A stretch of 64,000 nt of DNA from Minisyncoccota bacterium (GTDB lineage: Bacteria; Patescibacteriota; Minisyncoccia; Phycocordibacterales; UBA2100), in the NCBI GenBank assembly GCA_965267345.1, contig OZ253947.1, positions 266,814 to 330,813 on the forward strand, written 5' to 3'. This document shows, in pieces, positions 30,195 through 39,485 of this stretch. How positions within the stretch are numbered: position 1 is the stretch's first letter; every line of letters begins with the position of its first letter. A model generated the notes under the pieces. That model did no database searches and was not told where the DNA came from. It saw only the letters and a list, made by a program, of their open reading frames with translations. The translations under genes were made by a program, and so were the position numbers.

Positions 30195-31184
30195 ATGGCA
30201 CGCATCCATGTTGGTGTTTTGCGGGGTGGACCTTCACGCGAGTACGACGTATCGCTCGCGAGTGGGGCTGCCGTACTCAAACACCTCGCGGATGACCGCT
30301 ACGGAACCAAGGATATTTTTATCGACCGAAATGGGCGCTGGCATGTACGCGGCATGCCGACGGATCCGGGACGAGCACTACGCGATGTCGACGTGGTGTT
30401 CAATGCACTCCACGGTGAATATGGTGAGGACGGTACCGTACAACGTATTCTCGAGTCCCACAGCGTACCATATACCGGCTCGGGCGTATTCAGCTCGGCA
30501 CTGGCAATGGACAAGGGGCGCACGCGCAGCCACGTGGGCTCAATTCCGCACGTGAAAATGCCCGGATCAATCGTGGTGCAAAAAGAAAAAATCGGTGATG
30601 GCTTTGCGCTGACGGCGAACAATATTTTTGCCAAATTCGGTCCGCCGTACATTGTTAAGCCATTGCGTGGTGGCTCGTCGGTCGGGCTGCGTGTGGTGCA
30701 CAGCGTTGCTGAGTTGCCACCGGCACTGTTTGATGCACTTGAGGAAACGGATGCAGTCATCGTTGAGCAGTACATTCGCGGGCGTGAGGCAACCGTGGGT
30801 GTTGTTGAACAATTGCGTGATGACCCGCTGTACCGACTGCCACCAATTGAAATTGTATTGCCTAAATCATGTACCGCGTTCGACTACACTGCAAAATACA
30901 GCGGCACCACTGAGGAGGTTTGTCCTGCAAACTTTACGCATGAGCAAAAAGAGCAACTGCAGGACGCGGCACGGCACATCCATCAGTCACTCGGGCTCCG
31001 GCACTACTCGCGCTCTGATTTTATCGTTACGCCACATGGTATATACTTCCTAGAGGTGAATACGTTACCCGGACTCACCCCTTCATCACTTCTTCCGAAG
31101 TCACTTGATGCAGTTGGGGTGCGGTTTCCGGAGTTTCTTGATCACGTCATTACCATTGCCCGTAATCCACAAAAACGTATATGA
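30195..31184 (+). CDS. ddl: D-alanine--D-alanine ligase
   Basis: GGPSREYDVSLASG, LHGEYGEDG, KPLRGGSSVG, FDYTAKY, LEVNTLPGLT. Confidence 0.95.
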   Translation: MARIHVGVLRGGPSREYDVSLASGAAVLKHLADDRYGTKDIFIDRNGRWHVRGMPTDPGRALRDVDVVFNALHGEYGEDGTVQRILESHSVPYTGSGVFSSALAMDKGRTRSHVGSIPHVKMPGSIVVQKEKIGDGFALTANNIFAKFGPPYIVKPLRGGSSVGLRVVHSVAELPPALFDALEETDAVIVEQYIRGREATVGVVEQLRDDPLYRLPPIEIVLPKSCTAFDYTAKYSGTTEEVCPANFTHEQKEQLQDAARHIHQSLGLRHYSRSDFIVTPHGIYFLEVNTLPGLTPSSLLPKSLDAVGVRFPEFLDHVITIARNPQKRI

Positions 31185-31462
31185 CGACTGACATCAACAC
31201 ATTTACATCACAGCATCCTCGCTGGGCGCACGACGAGGCGGCGAACGAACTCGTCGGTGTCTACGGTTTCGATGCGTACAGCGACGCCGTTAAGTTTGCC
31301 ACGAATGTTGCGAGTATCGCTGAAGAGCATAATCACCATCCGCGAATTGTGCTTGAGTACGGTTCAGTAACCGTGGCAAGTACCACACACGACGAAGAAG
31401 ATACGGTAACGGAAAAAGATGTTGTACTGGCAGCTGCTATTGAAGAACAAGCAGACCACTAG
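31181..31462 (+). CDS. Pterin-4-alpha-carbinolamine dehydratase
   Basis: AEEHNHHPRI, TTHD, VTEKDVVLAAAIE. Confidence 0.88.
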   Translation: MTTDINTFTSQHPRWAHDEAANELVGVYGFDAYSDAVKFATNVASIAEEHNHHPRIVLEYGSVTVASTTHDEEDTVTEKDVVLAAAIEEQADH

Positions 31463-31500
31463 TTGTGTTTTTGTAAACTGTTGGTACAATATCCCGCGTT

Positions 31501-31574
31501 GGGCCTGTAGCTCAGTTGGCTAGAGCACCTGTTTTGCACTCAGGAGGTCGCTGGTTCGAGTCCAGTCAGGTCCA
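31501..31574 (+). tRNA. tRNA-Ala(TGC)
   Basis: GGGCCTG/CAGGTCC acceptor stem with G3:U70, TAGCTCAG D-arm, TTTGCAC anticodon loop, GGTTCGAGTCC. Confidence 0.95.
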
Positions 31575-31584
31575 CATAGACGTC

Positions 31585-31615
31585 AAAAACTCCAGCAGGG
31601 AATGCTGGAGTTTTT
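31585..31615 (+). terminator. Intrinsic terminator after tRNA-Ala
   Basis: AAAAACTCCAGCA-GGGAA-TGCTGGAGTTTTT. Confidence 0.8.
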
Positions 31616-31689
31616 GTGTATATACATCTGGTGCTTGTACCGACATCGGCGCTCACGTATGATACCTCTATACTCGTAATTTATACGTT

Positions 31690-31830
31690 ATGGACGCATT
31701 ACCATACATTTTACATTGGGGGTCGCCACTTGGTTTGGCACTCTTCTTTTTCTTTATGGGCGCCGGTGCGGGCATTTTCTTTTGGGGTGTATCACACGTA
31801 AAGGAACGGTCTCCGAACGAGGAACGATAA
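31690..31830 (+). CDS. Small single-TM membrane protein (46 aa)
   Basis: MDALPYILHWGSPLGLALFFFFMGAGAGIFFWGVSHVKERSPNEER; stop is 3 nt before the monooxygenase ATG. Confidence 0.55.
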   Translation: MDALPYILHWGSPLGLALFFFFMGAGAGIFFWGVSHVKERSPNEER

Positions 31831-31833
31831 TCT

Positions 31834-32907
31834 ATGCGGGTACTCGTCGTCGGTGCAGGACCAACCGGACTTACGGCTGCGCTTGAATTGGCGCGGCACG
31901 GGATACTGCCTGACATTGTTGATGCTAAAGAAGCACCATCGTGGAAATCCCGAGCCGTGGCGATTTTGCCGCGCAGTATTGAAATATTGAATCGCACAGG
32001 TGTTGGCGACCGCTTGGTTGCCGAAGGTATGCCATTAACGCGTGCCCGTATTCACCGTGGAAAGCGGCGTCTTTTGGATATCGATATGGCCGAAATTGCG
32101 GGTCAGTCGCCGCGGATCATTGGACTTGCACAAGATCGAACCGAAAAACTTATGAGTGAGCAGTTGGCGCACATGGGTGTGTCGGTGAAATATGCCACTC
32201 GCGTACAGTCAGTGAGCACATCACCGGCGTCAGCCGAAGTGGTGTTTAGCGACGGGGCAGTAGAAACCTACGATTGGATTATTGGTGCTGATGGAGTTGG
32301 ATCGACTGTTCGCGACTCACTCGGCATTGGCTACGCAGGACAGGAACTCAGCGAGGAGTGGTCAATTGCCGACGTCGAACTCGAGGATGAGTGTGACTAC
32401 ACCACCATGAATGCGTGGCTATTGCAGAGTGAACGAGGCGAACGGGATGCAATGGTGATGGTTCCAATTGAGCGTAATCGGGTACGTTTGATTTCGTCAA
32501 CACTCGACAGCTTGGCTGCAGTACCAATTACGCTTGATGTGAAAGCAGTGCGACGAACAGGGACATTTAAAATAAGTGTGCGACAGGCTGATGCATATGT
32601 GCGAGGACGCGTGCTGCTTGCCGGTGATGCAGCACATGCACATTCGCCTGTTGGTGGGCGCGGGATGAATTTAGGTATCGAAGATGCGCAGGCAGCTGTT
32701 GCTGCACTGATGCACAATACCCTGCAGCAGTATGAAAAAGAGCGCAAACACAAAGCAAAACGTACCATCCAAGGCACTGAGCTTGCACGCAAACTAGTCA
32801 CATCAGACAACCCGTTCATCGTTGTCGGTATCTACGTTGCAACATGGTGTATACAGCACATTGGCTTCCTCCGTCGTACTTTTATGATGCGAATTACAAC
32901 GTTATAG
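31834..32907 (+). CDS. FAD-dependent monooxygenase (FAD_binding_3 family)
   Basis: VVGAGPTGL, IGADGVGS, LLAGDAAHAHSPVGGRGMNLGIEDA. Confidence 0.9.
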   Translation: MRVLVVGAGPTGLTAALELARHGILPDIVDAKEAPSWKSRAVAILPRSIEILNRTGVGDRLVAEGMPLTRARIHRGKRRLLDIDMAEIAGQSPRIIGLAQDRTEKLMSEQLAHMGVSVKYATRVQSVSTSPASAEVVFSDGAVETYDWIIGADGVGSTVRDSLGIGYAGQELSEEWSIADVELEDECDYTTMNAWLLQSERGERDAMVMVPIERNRVRLISSTLDSLAAVPITLDVKAVRRTGTFKISVRQADAYVRGRVLLAGDAAHAHSPVGGRGMNLGIEDAQAAVAALMHNTLQQYEKERKHKAKRTIQGTELARKLVTSDNPFIVVGIYVATWCIQHIGFLRRTFMMRITTL

Positions 32908-32990
32908 AGAGTGTCGAGCTATTCGATTTTCACAGTGAAAGAAAGCTTCAAGTAGTGCGTCTACACAGATAGAAGCACTAATATACATAT

Positions 32991-33413
32991 ATGAATTCAA
33001 AGAAAATTCTCATACTCACACTCTGCGCAGCTGTTGTCGCAGGTGCGTGGTGGTATTTGGACACGCGGAACACAGCAGGTGGCAGTATGCTGCCCGTTGA
33101 TCAACGCCCTAACGCAGGACCGTCGACTGATGACGGCGGCGAGCAACGTACCGTGCGCGGTACCATCACGGAAATTGATACCGACGGCATCATGCTTGAT
33201 GGGCCGTATGTCATTAACATTGCTGCCGAAAACGGGGCACGTACACGCATAGAGATTCCGTCGATGGGTATTAATCTTTGCCCCGCACAAGATGCAATCG
33301 CGGGCATTGATACACTTGCTGTCGGACAGACTATTGAGGTGCGCGGGTACGCTTCGGGGAGTGCACTCGTGCCGTGCGAACGTGCTGACCACTATCTGCG
33401 CGTTATTGAGTAG
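32991..33413 (+). CDS. Hypothetical membrane-anchored protein (possible OB-fold)
   Basis: N-terminal TM helix; VRGTITEI and LAVGQTIEVRG strands; two distal Cys. Confidence 0.6.
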   Translation: MNSKKILILTLCAAVVAGAWWYLDTRNTAGGSMLPVDQRPNAGPSTDDGGEQRTVRGTITEIDTDGIMLDGPYVINIAAENGARTRIEIPSMGINLCPAQDAIAGIDTLAVGQTIEVRGYASGSALVPCERADHYLRVIE

Positions 33414-33590
33414 TATTGCACAGGGATCGTTCCGCTCCGTGCTAAATAGCGCACAGTTGCGAGGTGTTTTGGCACAAAAACGCGGATACTACCAACAAAA
33501 TAAAGTCAAATGCGGCTATCCAGAGGGGTATTTGCAAAATTTGTGGCTGTGCTAGCATCGTATACAGACTTACAAGAATAATGAAAGGTT

Positions 33591-33659
33591 ATGGACGAGA
33601 ACACACAGAACACCGAAGAAAGTACCGAAGAAGAAGGTACTGAAGAAGCGGGTGAGTAA
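33591..33659 (+). CDS. Putative 22-aa acidic micropeptide
   Basis: MDENTQNTEESTEEEGTEEAGE; TGCTAGCAT -10-like box and GAAAGG upstream; strong terminator right after. Confidence 0.45.
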   Translation: MDENTQNTEESTEEEGTEEAGE

Positions 33660-33669
33660 CCATCCTCTT

Positions 33670-33707
33670 ACACAAAAACACCCCGCGCGAGCGGGGTGTT
33701 TTTGTGT
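33670..33707 (+). terminator. Intrinsic terminator
   Basis: ACACAAAAACACCCCGC-GCGA-GCGGGGTGTTTTTGTGT. Confidence 0.85.
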
Positions 33708-33727
33708 GCGTGCGCTATCCCCAGACA

Positions 33728-33768
33728 ATGTAAAGTGAACTTTACATGCGTGCAGGGCGGCGTATACT
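33728..33768 (+). promoter_or_regulatory. Palindromic operator overlapping the -35 of the XRE-regulator promoter
   Basis: ATGTAAAG-TGAA-CTTTACAT (33728-33747); TTTACA-16 nt-TATACT (33763-33768). Confidence 0.65.
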
Positions 33769-33781
33769 GCAGTGTACATGT

Positions 33782-33997
33782 ATGACCGATACCACTGGGA
33801 CACTCGTTACCTATCTCCGCGACGTGCGTACGCACGCAGCAATGACACAGGAGCAACTTGCCGACGCCGCCGGCGTAACGCGACAAACGATTATTTCCAT
33901 CGAACGGGGCAACTATACTCCGTCAGTGGCACTGGCACTGCGGCTCGCACGCATTTTCAATGTGTCAGTTGAAGATATTTTTGCCTATGAAGGATAA
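33782..33997 (+). CDS. XRE/Cro-family HTH transcriptional regulator
   Basis: MTQEQLADAAGVTRQTIISIERGNYTPSVALALRLARIF. Confidence 0.92.
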   Translation: MTDTTGTLVTYLRDVRTHAAMTQEQLADAAGVTRQTIISIERGNYTPSVALALRLARIFNVSVEDIFAYEG

Positions 33998-34358
33998 CCG
34001 CACCATTTCTGAAATAAGCGTCAGCGCCATACTCGCAGCGCTCGTTGCCGTCGTGGTATTTGCACATACCGCGTGGATGCCCAGCATGCTGACGATGACC
34101 ATTTTGACCCTCCTTGTTGCCGCCTTTTCCGCATTTGCGGTATTTGTGTGGCGCGAATCGAATGCCGATGAGCGCGAACAGCTCATTCAGCACGTGGCCT
34201 CGCGCAGTGCCTATTTGGCAACGGGGGCGGTCTTACTTATTGGTATCGTCGCAGAGACACTCATGTATGAGAGTGCGGGTCCGTGGCTCGGTTTTGCGCT
34301 TCTTGTCATGATTGCGGCGAAAATTATTGGACACGTCTACGGGCGTAATAAATATTAA
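33987..34358 (+). CDS. Four-TM membrane protein (DUF2178-like)
   Basis: DEREQLIQHVASRSAY motif between TM pairs; overlaps the XRE gene. Confidence 0.7.
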   Translation: MKDNRTISEISVSAILAALVAVVVFAHTAWMPSMLTMTILTLLVAAFSAFAVFVWRESNADEREQLIQHVASRSAYLATGAVLLIGIVAETLMYESAGPWLGFALLVMIAAKIIGHVYGRNKY

Positions 34359-34363
34359 GTTGT

Positions 34364-34990
34364 ATGAAGTATCACAAAGGAAATAGTGGTGTTGGCATCG
34401 CCATCGCGGTGGGCATTGTTGTCATCGCCGGTATTGCGCTGTTTTGGTACAGCGGCGGCCTCATGGACACTGATGATGCGATAAAGGCCGGTGAAGAGAA
34501 TATGATGGTTGAAGACGACCATATGATGGATGATGGTGGCGCTATGGAGAAAGAGGACGGCGCTATGATGGAAGCTGAAGGCGACGTCATGATGAAGGGT
34601 GAGACGAACGCGTCTTTTAGGAGCGCGGTCATTGCGGGCTCAAGTGCACCTTTGCTTGAGTTTGACCAGCGCGATTATGAAGCCGCGCTTGCGAGTGACA
34701 AGCTCGTTGTTCTGTACTTTTACGCAAACTGGTGTCCGTTGTGTCGAGAAGAGTTTGTGCACACACAAGAAGCGTTTGATCAACTGACGACTGATGCCGT
34801 TGTTGGATTTCGCGTGCACTACAATGACAGTGACGTGACACCGGCACAGGAACAGGTAGCGCGTGAGTACGGCGTTGCATATCAGCACACAAAGGTCTTT
34901 ATCAAAGACGGTGAGCGTATCTTGAAGTCGCCTGAACAATGGGATGCAGTACGCTACCTCGCCGAAATTAACGCCGCAGTGGCACAGTAA
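34364..34990 (+). CDS. Membrane-anchored thioredoxin-fold protein with Met-rich linker
   Basis: TM helix, MMVEDDHMMDDGGAMEKEDGAMME linker, FYANWCPLC, YGVAYQHT. Confidence 0.85.
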   Translation: MKYHKGNSGVGIAIAVGIVVIAGIALFWYSGGLMDTDDAIKAGEENMMVEDDHMMDDGGAMEKEDGAMMEAEGDVMMKGETNASFRSAVIAGSSAPLLEFDQRDYEAALASDKLVVLYFYANWCPLCREEFVHTQEAFDQLTTDAVVGFRVHYNDSDVTPAQEQVAREYGVAYQHTKVFIKDGERILKSPEQWDAVRYLAEINAAVAQ

Positions 34991-34996
34991 CTCTAT

Positions 34997-35707
34997 ATGC
35001 TTGGTTCAGAAATTTCACTAGTTGTTGCGTTTATCGGCGGCGTGGTGTCATTCTTGTCGCCATGCGTGTTGCCAATCATTCCCGGCTTTTTAGCCTATCT
35101 CGCAGGTACCTCAACGCAGGGCGAGGTACGTCGTACGCAAGTGCTTCTCCACAGCGCACTGTTTGTGCTCGGCTTTTCGCTCATTTTTGCGCTGTTGGGC
35201 GTACTCCTCAACACGGTACTTGAACGTGCTGCGTATGACGTGCAGATCTGGCTCTCACGTGTCGGTGGCGTCATCATAATCTTCTTCGGACTCTACCTGA
35301 TGCAGCTGGTGCGCCTGCCATTTCTTGAGCGGGCACACACCATTAACGTCGTTGGCGTTGCTGCTTCGAAGTACGTTACCTCATTCCTGTTTGGTGCAGC
35401 ATTCGCTGCAGGGTGGACTCCCTGCGTTGGCGCAGCACTGGGAGCAATTTTGGGTCTTGCGGCAAGTAACCCAAGCAGCGCGTTCTGGTTGCTGATGGCC
35501 TACGCGATTGGACTCGGTATTCCGTTCCTTGTCATCGGCTTCTTTGCCGCGGACGCAGGACGGCTCATCAATCGCTATGCAACATCGCTCAAGTACGTCA
35601 ATATCGTATTTGGTGCGCTACTCGTTGCACTCGGCGTACTGATCTTCACGCAGGATTTGGCGCTTTTGGCGAACTTTGGCTTCCTTAACAGCATTCTGCT
35701 TAACTAG
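34997..35707 (+). CDS. ccdA: CcdA (DsbD-like transmembrane) thiol-disulfide transporter
   Basis: SFLSPCVLPIIPG and GWTPCVG, multiple TM helices. Confidence 0.92.
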   Translation: MLGSEISLVVAFIGGVVSFLSPCVLPIIPGFLAYLAGTSTQGEVRRTQVLLHSALFVLGFSLIFALLGVLLNTVLERAAYDVQIWLSRVGGVIIIFFGLYLMQLVRLPFLERAHTINVVGVAASKYVTSFLFGAAFAAGWTPCVGAALGAILGLAASNPSSAFWLLMAYAIGLGIPFLVIGFFAADAGRLINRYATSLKYVNIVFGALLVALGVLIFTQDLALLANFGFLNSILLN

Positions 35708-35712
35708 ACTGT

Positions 35713-36855
35713 ATGTTGTTTATGCGAAGCAAAACGTTTGCACTTGGTGTTGTCGTCGTGCTCATTGTTGGCGCCATTGTCTATCTACAGAGCCAGAAGA
35801 GCGCTGTGTCACCGAGTGAAGCATCTCGGGATGCCGAGATCGTCGTCCCGAGCCTCACTGATGCTGAAAAAGCGCAGCGGTACGATCGTGCGCGCGAACT
35901 CGTCGACATTGCAGGCTACATCAATACCGACAGTGGCTTTACCCTTGCCGACAACATTGGCGAGAAGGTGATCCTATTGGATATATGGACATACAGCTGC
36001 ATTAACTGCCAGCGGACACTGCCGTATATCACACAGTGGCATACGCAGTATGAAGACGACGGTTTATTGATTGTCGGCGTACACACCCCCGAGTTTGAGT
36101 TCGAAAAGGATCGGGACAACGTCCTGCGTGCTACCGAAAAGTTTGGTATCGACTACCCAGTTGTGCTCGACAATAACTACGGTACGTGGCACGCGTACAA
36201 TAACCGTTACTGGCCACGCAAGTACCTCATTGATATCGAAGGCTACGTCGTCTACGACCACATTGGCGAAGGTGCCTATGCGGAGACCGAGCAGAAAATC
36301 CGTGAGCTACTCGCCGAACGTGCCGAGCAGCTCGATGTACCGCTCTCGTTTAACGATGAGATGCCGATGGTCACTGAGGAGTCTGACGACGATGCCGGTA
36401 TCAGCGCACTCTTACCGCGGAGCCCTGAGGTGTACTTTGGTGCATTTCGTAATCAGCTTCTGGCCAATGGTGATCCCGGTATGCAGGGCGGGTTCCAACT
36501 TAAAGCGAACGCCGATGATGTGGAGTCAAATATGCTCTATCTGGACGGTGCGTGGAACATCTACCGTGAATACGCGCAAAATGCCCGTGCCGATGCACGC
36601 ATTATCTTCCGCTATCAAGGTGATAAGGTGTTTATGGTCGCCAGTGCGCCTGAGGGTGCAACGATACGCCTGTTGCGCGACGGTGAGCCTATTGGCGACG
36701 CAGCCGGTGCAGATGTTGATGAGAATGGACGCGTACGTATTACCGATGAGCAGCTCTACCATCTCGTCGATAATCCCGACGGCCACGGTGAGCACACGCT
36801 TGAGATCATTATCGAAGATGCCGGTCTTGAGGCGTACACCTTTACCTTCGGCTAG
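35713..36855 (+). CDS. TlpA/DipZ-like redoxin with C-terminal beta domain
   Basis: DIWTYSCINCQRTLP, GVHTPEFEFEK, NRYWP, HIGEGAY, terminal AYTFTFG. Confidence 0.88.
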   Translation: MLFMRSKTFALGVVVVLIVGAIVYLQSQKSAVSPSEASRDAEIVVPSLTDAEKAQRYDRARELVDIAGYINTDSGFTLADNIGEKVILLDIWTYSCINCQRTLPYITQWHTQYEDDGLLIVGVHTPEFEFEKDRDNVLRATEKFGIDYPVVLDNNYGTWHAYNNRYWPRKYLIDIEGYVVYDHIGEGAYAETEQKIRELLAERAEQLDVPLSFNDEMPMVTEESDDDAGISALLPRSPEVYFGAFRNQLLANGDPGMQGGFQLKANADDVESNMLYLDGAWNIYREYAQNARADARIIFRYQGDKVFMVASAPEGATIRLLRDGEPIGDAAGADVDENGRVRITDEQLYHLVDNPDGHGEHTLEIIIEDAGLEAYTFTFG

Positions 36856-37015
36856 ACATCAATCACGAATTCCCGATCACAAAACGCTCACCACGCACGG
36901 TAGGTGTTTTGTGTAACTCCGCATAGTAATGCTAGGCACTCGTGCCGTATTTGCTATACTTGGGGCACGCACACTACACACAATCCAACACATTATTCAC
37001 GTAGCGTTATTCACT

Positions 37016-37489
37016 ATGAATACACCATTTCTTGAACAGTACGGTGCCGTTCTGGCGCGCGTCCTTATCGCGCTGCTGTTCTTTGTTTCAGGTATTGGCA
37101 TTCTTATGAATCTGGGTGGCACTGCCGGCTACTACGCATCGCTCGGCATTCCCGTTGCAATGGCGGTGGCGGTTGTTGTCGTACTGCTTAAAATCGTTGG
37201 CAGTCTGATGGTCGCCACAGGCGTCCACGCGCGCGTTGCTGCGTGGGGACTAATCGTCTTCACGGTGCTTGCCACACTCCTCGCGCACACCGGTGAGGGA
37301 CAGCTGATGGCTGCACTGAAGAATCTTTCGGTCATTGGCGGGTTGCTATTGGTTGCCCTTGGTGCCGCAGACACCATGACCCTTGAGAAGTACCTGCCGT
37401 GGCAAAAGTCGCACACAGAGAGCAGCCCAATGGCGGCAAGCGACACACCCCAGAGCGATACGAACATTCCAGACGCCGATCGCGTGTAG
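37016..37489 (+). CDS. DoxX-family membrane protein
   Basis: LARVLIALLFFVSG, ATLLAH, LKNLSVIGGLLL. Confidence 0.85.
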   Translation: MNTPFLEQYGAVLARVLIALLFFVSGIGILMNLGGTAGYYASLGIPVAMAVAVVVVLLKIVGSLMVATGVHARVAAWGLIVFTVLATLLAHTGEGQLMAALKNLSVIGGLLLVALGAADTMTLEKYLPWQKSHTESSPMAASDTPQSDTNIPDADRV

Positions 37490-37510
37490 AGCACCCGTGC
37501 ATATCAACAG

Positions 37511-37540
37511 GAAAAGGCACCGCACAACTGGTGCCTTTTC
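37511..37540. terminator. Intrinsic terminator
   Basis: GAAAAGGCACC...GGTGCCTTTTC. Confidence 0.7.
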
Positions 37541-37558
37541 ATATGCTACTATAGCGGT

Positions 37559-38032
37559 ATGAATGAACTTCCAAAGGATCAAGCGCTCTGGAATGCAGTA
37601 TTTGCTATCGCCTTCATCGGCATCGCCGTGGTGCTATTCTGGGGCCTTACGGACGGCTTACGTCACTACCACTGGCTCTACTTTCTTAATGCATTCGACA
37701 TCGCCATCATTTCACTGGCAACATTTCGCATTATTCGCTTGGTCAGCTACGATAAAATCTTTGCCTTTGTCCGCAATTGGTTTGTGGTACGCCAACCTGA
37801 TGGTAGTTATGCAAAGCAGGGCGGGGGACCACGCCGCACCATTGCCGAGCTTCTTGAGTGTTTGTGGTGTACGGGGTTGTGGGCCACGCTCTTGGTAACT
37901 ACGCTGTACTTTGGCGCAGATATCGGCCGCTTCATCGTGATCATACTGGCAGTTGCTGCAATCGGTAGCTTTTTGCAGAATTTTTCACAACTCGTATCGC
38001 GCCTCGGCACACACCACCACGGGCAGCAGTAA
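37559..38032 (+). CDS. DUF1360-family membrane protein with CxxC
   Basis: LATFRIIRLVSYDKIF, ELLECLWCTGLW. Confidence 0.82.
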   Translation: MNELPKDQALWNAVFAIAFIGIAVVLFWGLTDGLRHYHWLYFLNAFDIAIISLATFRIIRLVSYDKIFAFVRNWFVVRQPDGSYAKQGGGPRRTIAELLECLWCTGLWATLLVTTLYFGADIGRFIVIILAVAAIGSFLQNFSQLVSRLGTHHHGQQ

Positions 38033-38231
38033 CGGCTGCAACCTCTCACGGACATTTTTGTACGCAGTTACGCGTCAAAATGGCGTATTGTGTCCTTTAG
38101 AATTACGGTGTGCTCGGGGAAATATGGCTCTGTTGACAGCCAGAGCGCTGCGCCATAGAATGCGTGGTAGGTATTTCGCTCCTTTTTTGTTTTTCCACGA
38201 CTCGTGGCTATTTTGATCTAGATATTTACAT

Positions 38232-39404
38232 ATGAGTGCGCGCCTAACACGTTATTTTCTTACCACAAGCTTTTTTGCACTACTGATGGTGTGTGTGAGT
38301 CTGCCTACCCTAGCACAGGCGCAAACACTTCCAACCGGCGTTATTGCGCAGCAGCACTGCGGCACTGCTTCTGTTGATATTCGCAGCTACGGTGCCGGTC
38401 TGATGATGCAGTTCGAGGCACCTGAGATTCAAAATCCACGCGTTGCTGTGCGCGATGCAGCGGCCGATTGCGTTGCTATTTCATGGGAGACAAACATGCC
38501 GGCCGCAGTGCAGATTATCTACGCCGAAGCAGCTGCAGAGCCTGTTTCGATTGATCTTGATGCGGAATACTTCGGGTACCCACATGCAACACCGCAAAAT
38601 AACTCGGGTGAGGCGATGCACACTGCAATCCTTGAGGGTCTTGAGGCGGGCACCACGTATACGTATCGCATCGTGACGCGCGCCCACCCAACAGCACCAC
38701 CGCGCATCGGCGACGTGCGTACGGTTACTATTGCCCCAAGTGCACCATCACCGGTGCCGACCACCACGCCGGTGGCACCACCGCCATCGCAGTCGGTGCC
38801 ATCGCACGATTCGTCTGAAACCGCCACGCAGAGTGCTGAGACGCCATCTCGGGTACCCGAGATCGCTTCCGAGACCACCGCGACGACCACACCAGCGGAC
38901 AGTGATGCCACGACAACCACCACCAACGCTGTGCCGTCTGCACTTAACGCAGCGCGGGCAGGACTGGGGGCAGCACTACCTGAACGCGAGGCGCTGACGG
39001 GCTTGCTCAGCGGCTTCCGCGCGTTTGTTGTTGAGCCGCAGAATTTTGCCGAACTCACGCCACTGCGCTTTTTTGCTCATGATGACGTTATCGCGCCCGT
39101 ACTGTTGTTCATTGTCGTACTCTTGCTGATACAACATACCGTACAACCATTGACCGGTATCACTATTGAGAACAAAGCGCTGTACTGGCTTAGCGGTAGT
39201 GGTATTTTTGTTATCCTTGCTGCCGCAAGTGGCTACTACTACCTGACTTTTGTTGCCATTGCGCTGTTCCTCGCATTTCTTGCGTGGTACCTCATACGCG
39301 GCGTGCCTGACGCGTCACCTACGCAGCGTATTCCATTCATTGAATCGACCGGGAAGACCGCGGACGCGAATTCACGCAAAAAGGAACAGACGACTGCCCA
39401 GTAG
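38232..39404 (+). CDS. Surface protein: signal peptide, FN3-like domain, Pro/Thr/Ser linker, C-terminal TM helices
   Basis: ISWETNMPA and HTAILEGLEAGTTYTYRI FN3 pattern; low-complexity linker; about three TM helices. Confidence 0.75.
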   Translation: MSARLTRYFLTTSFFALLMVCVSLPTLAQAQTLPTGVIAQQHCGTASVDIRSYGAGLMMQFEAPEIQNPRVAVRDAAADCVAISWETNMPAAVQIIYAEAAAEPVSIDLDAEYFGYPHATPQNNSGEAMHTAILEGLEAGTTYTYRIVTRAHPTAPPRIGDVRTVTIAPSAPSPVPTTTPVAPPPSQSVPSHDSSETATQSAETPSRVPEIASETTATTTPADSDATTTTTNAVPSALNAARAGLGAALPEREALTGLLSGFRAFVVEPQNFAELTPLRFFAHDDVIAPVLLFIVVLLLIQHTVQPLTGITIENKALYWLSGSGIFVILAAASGYYYLTFVAIALFLAFLAWYLIRGVPDASPTQRIPFIESTGKTADANSRKKEQTTAQ

Positions 39405-39485
39405 TATCTGGAAATGTCGCTGTGCTATGCTACAATGCGCGCGCCCTCGCGTTGCGACTCATGCGCGGCGGCGCATTGAAACGCT

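Noticed and set aside
31527-31545. T-T mismatch at the base of the tRNA-Ala anticodon stem
   Set aside because: A single tolerated mismatch; all other tRNA-Ala features are intact, so it is not called a pseudogene
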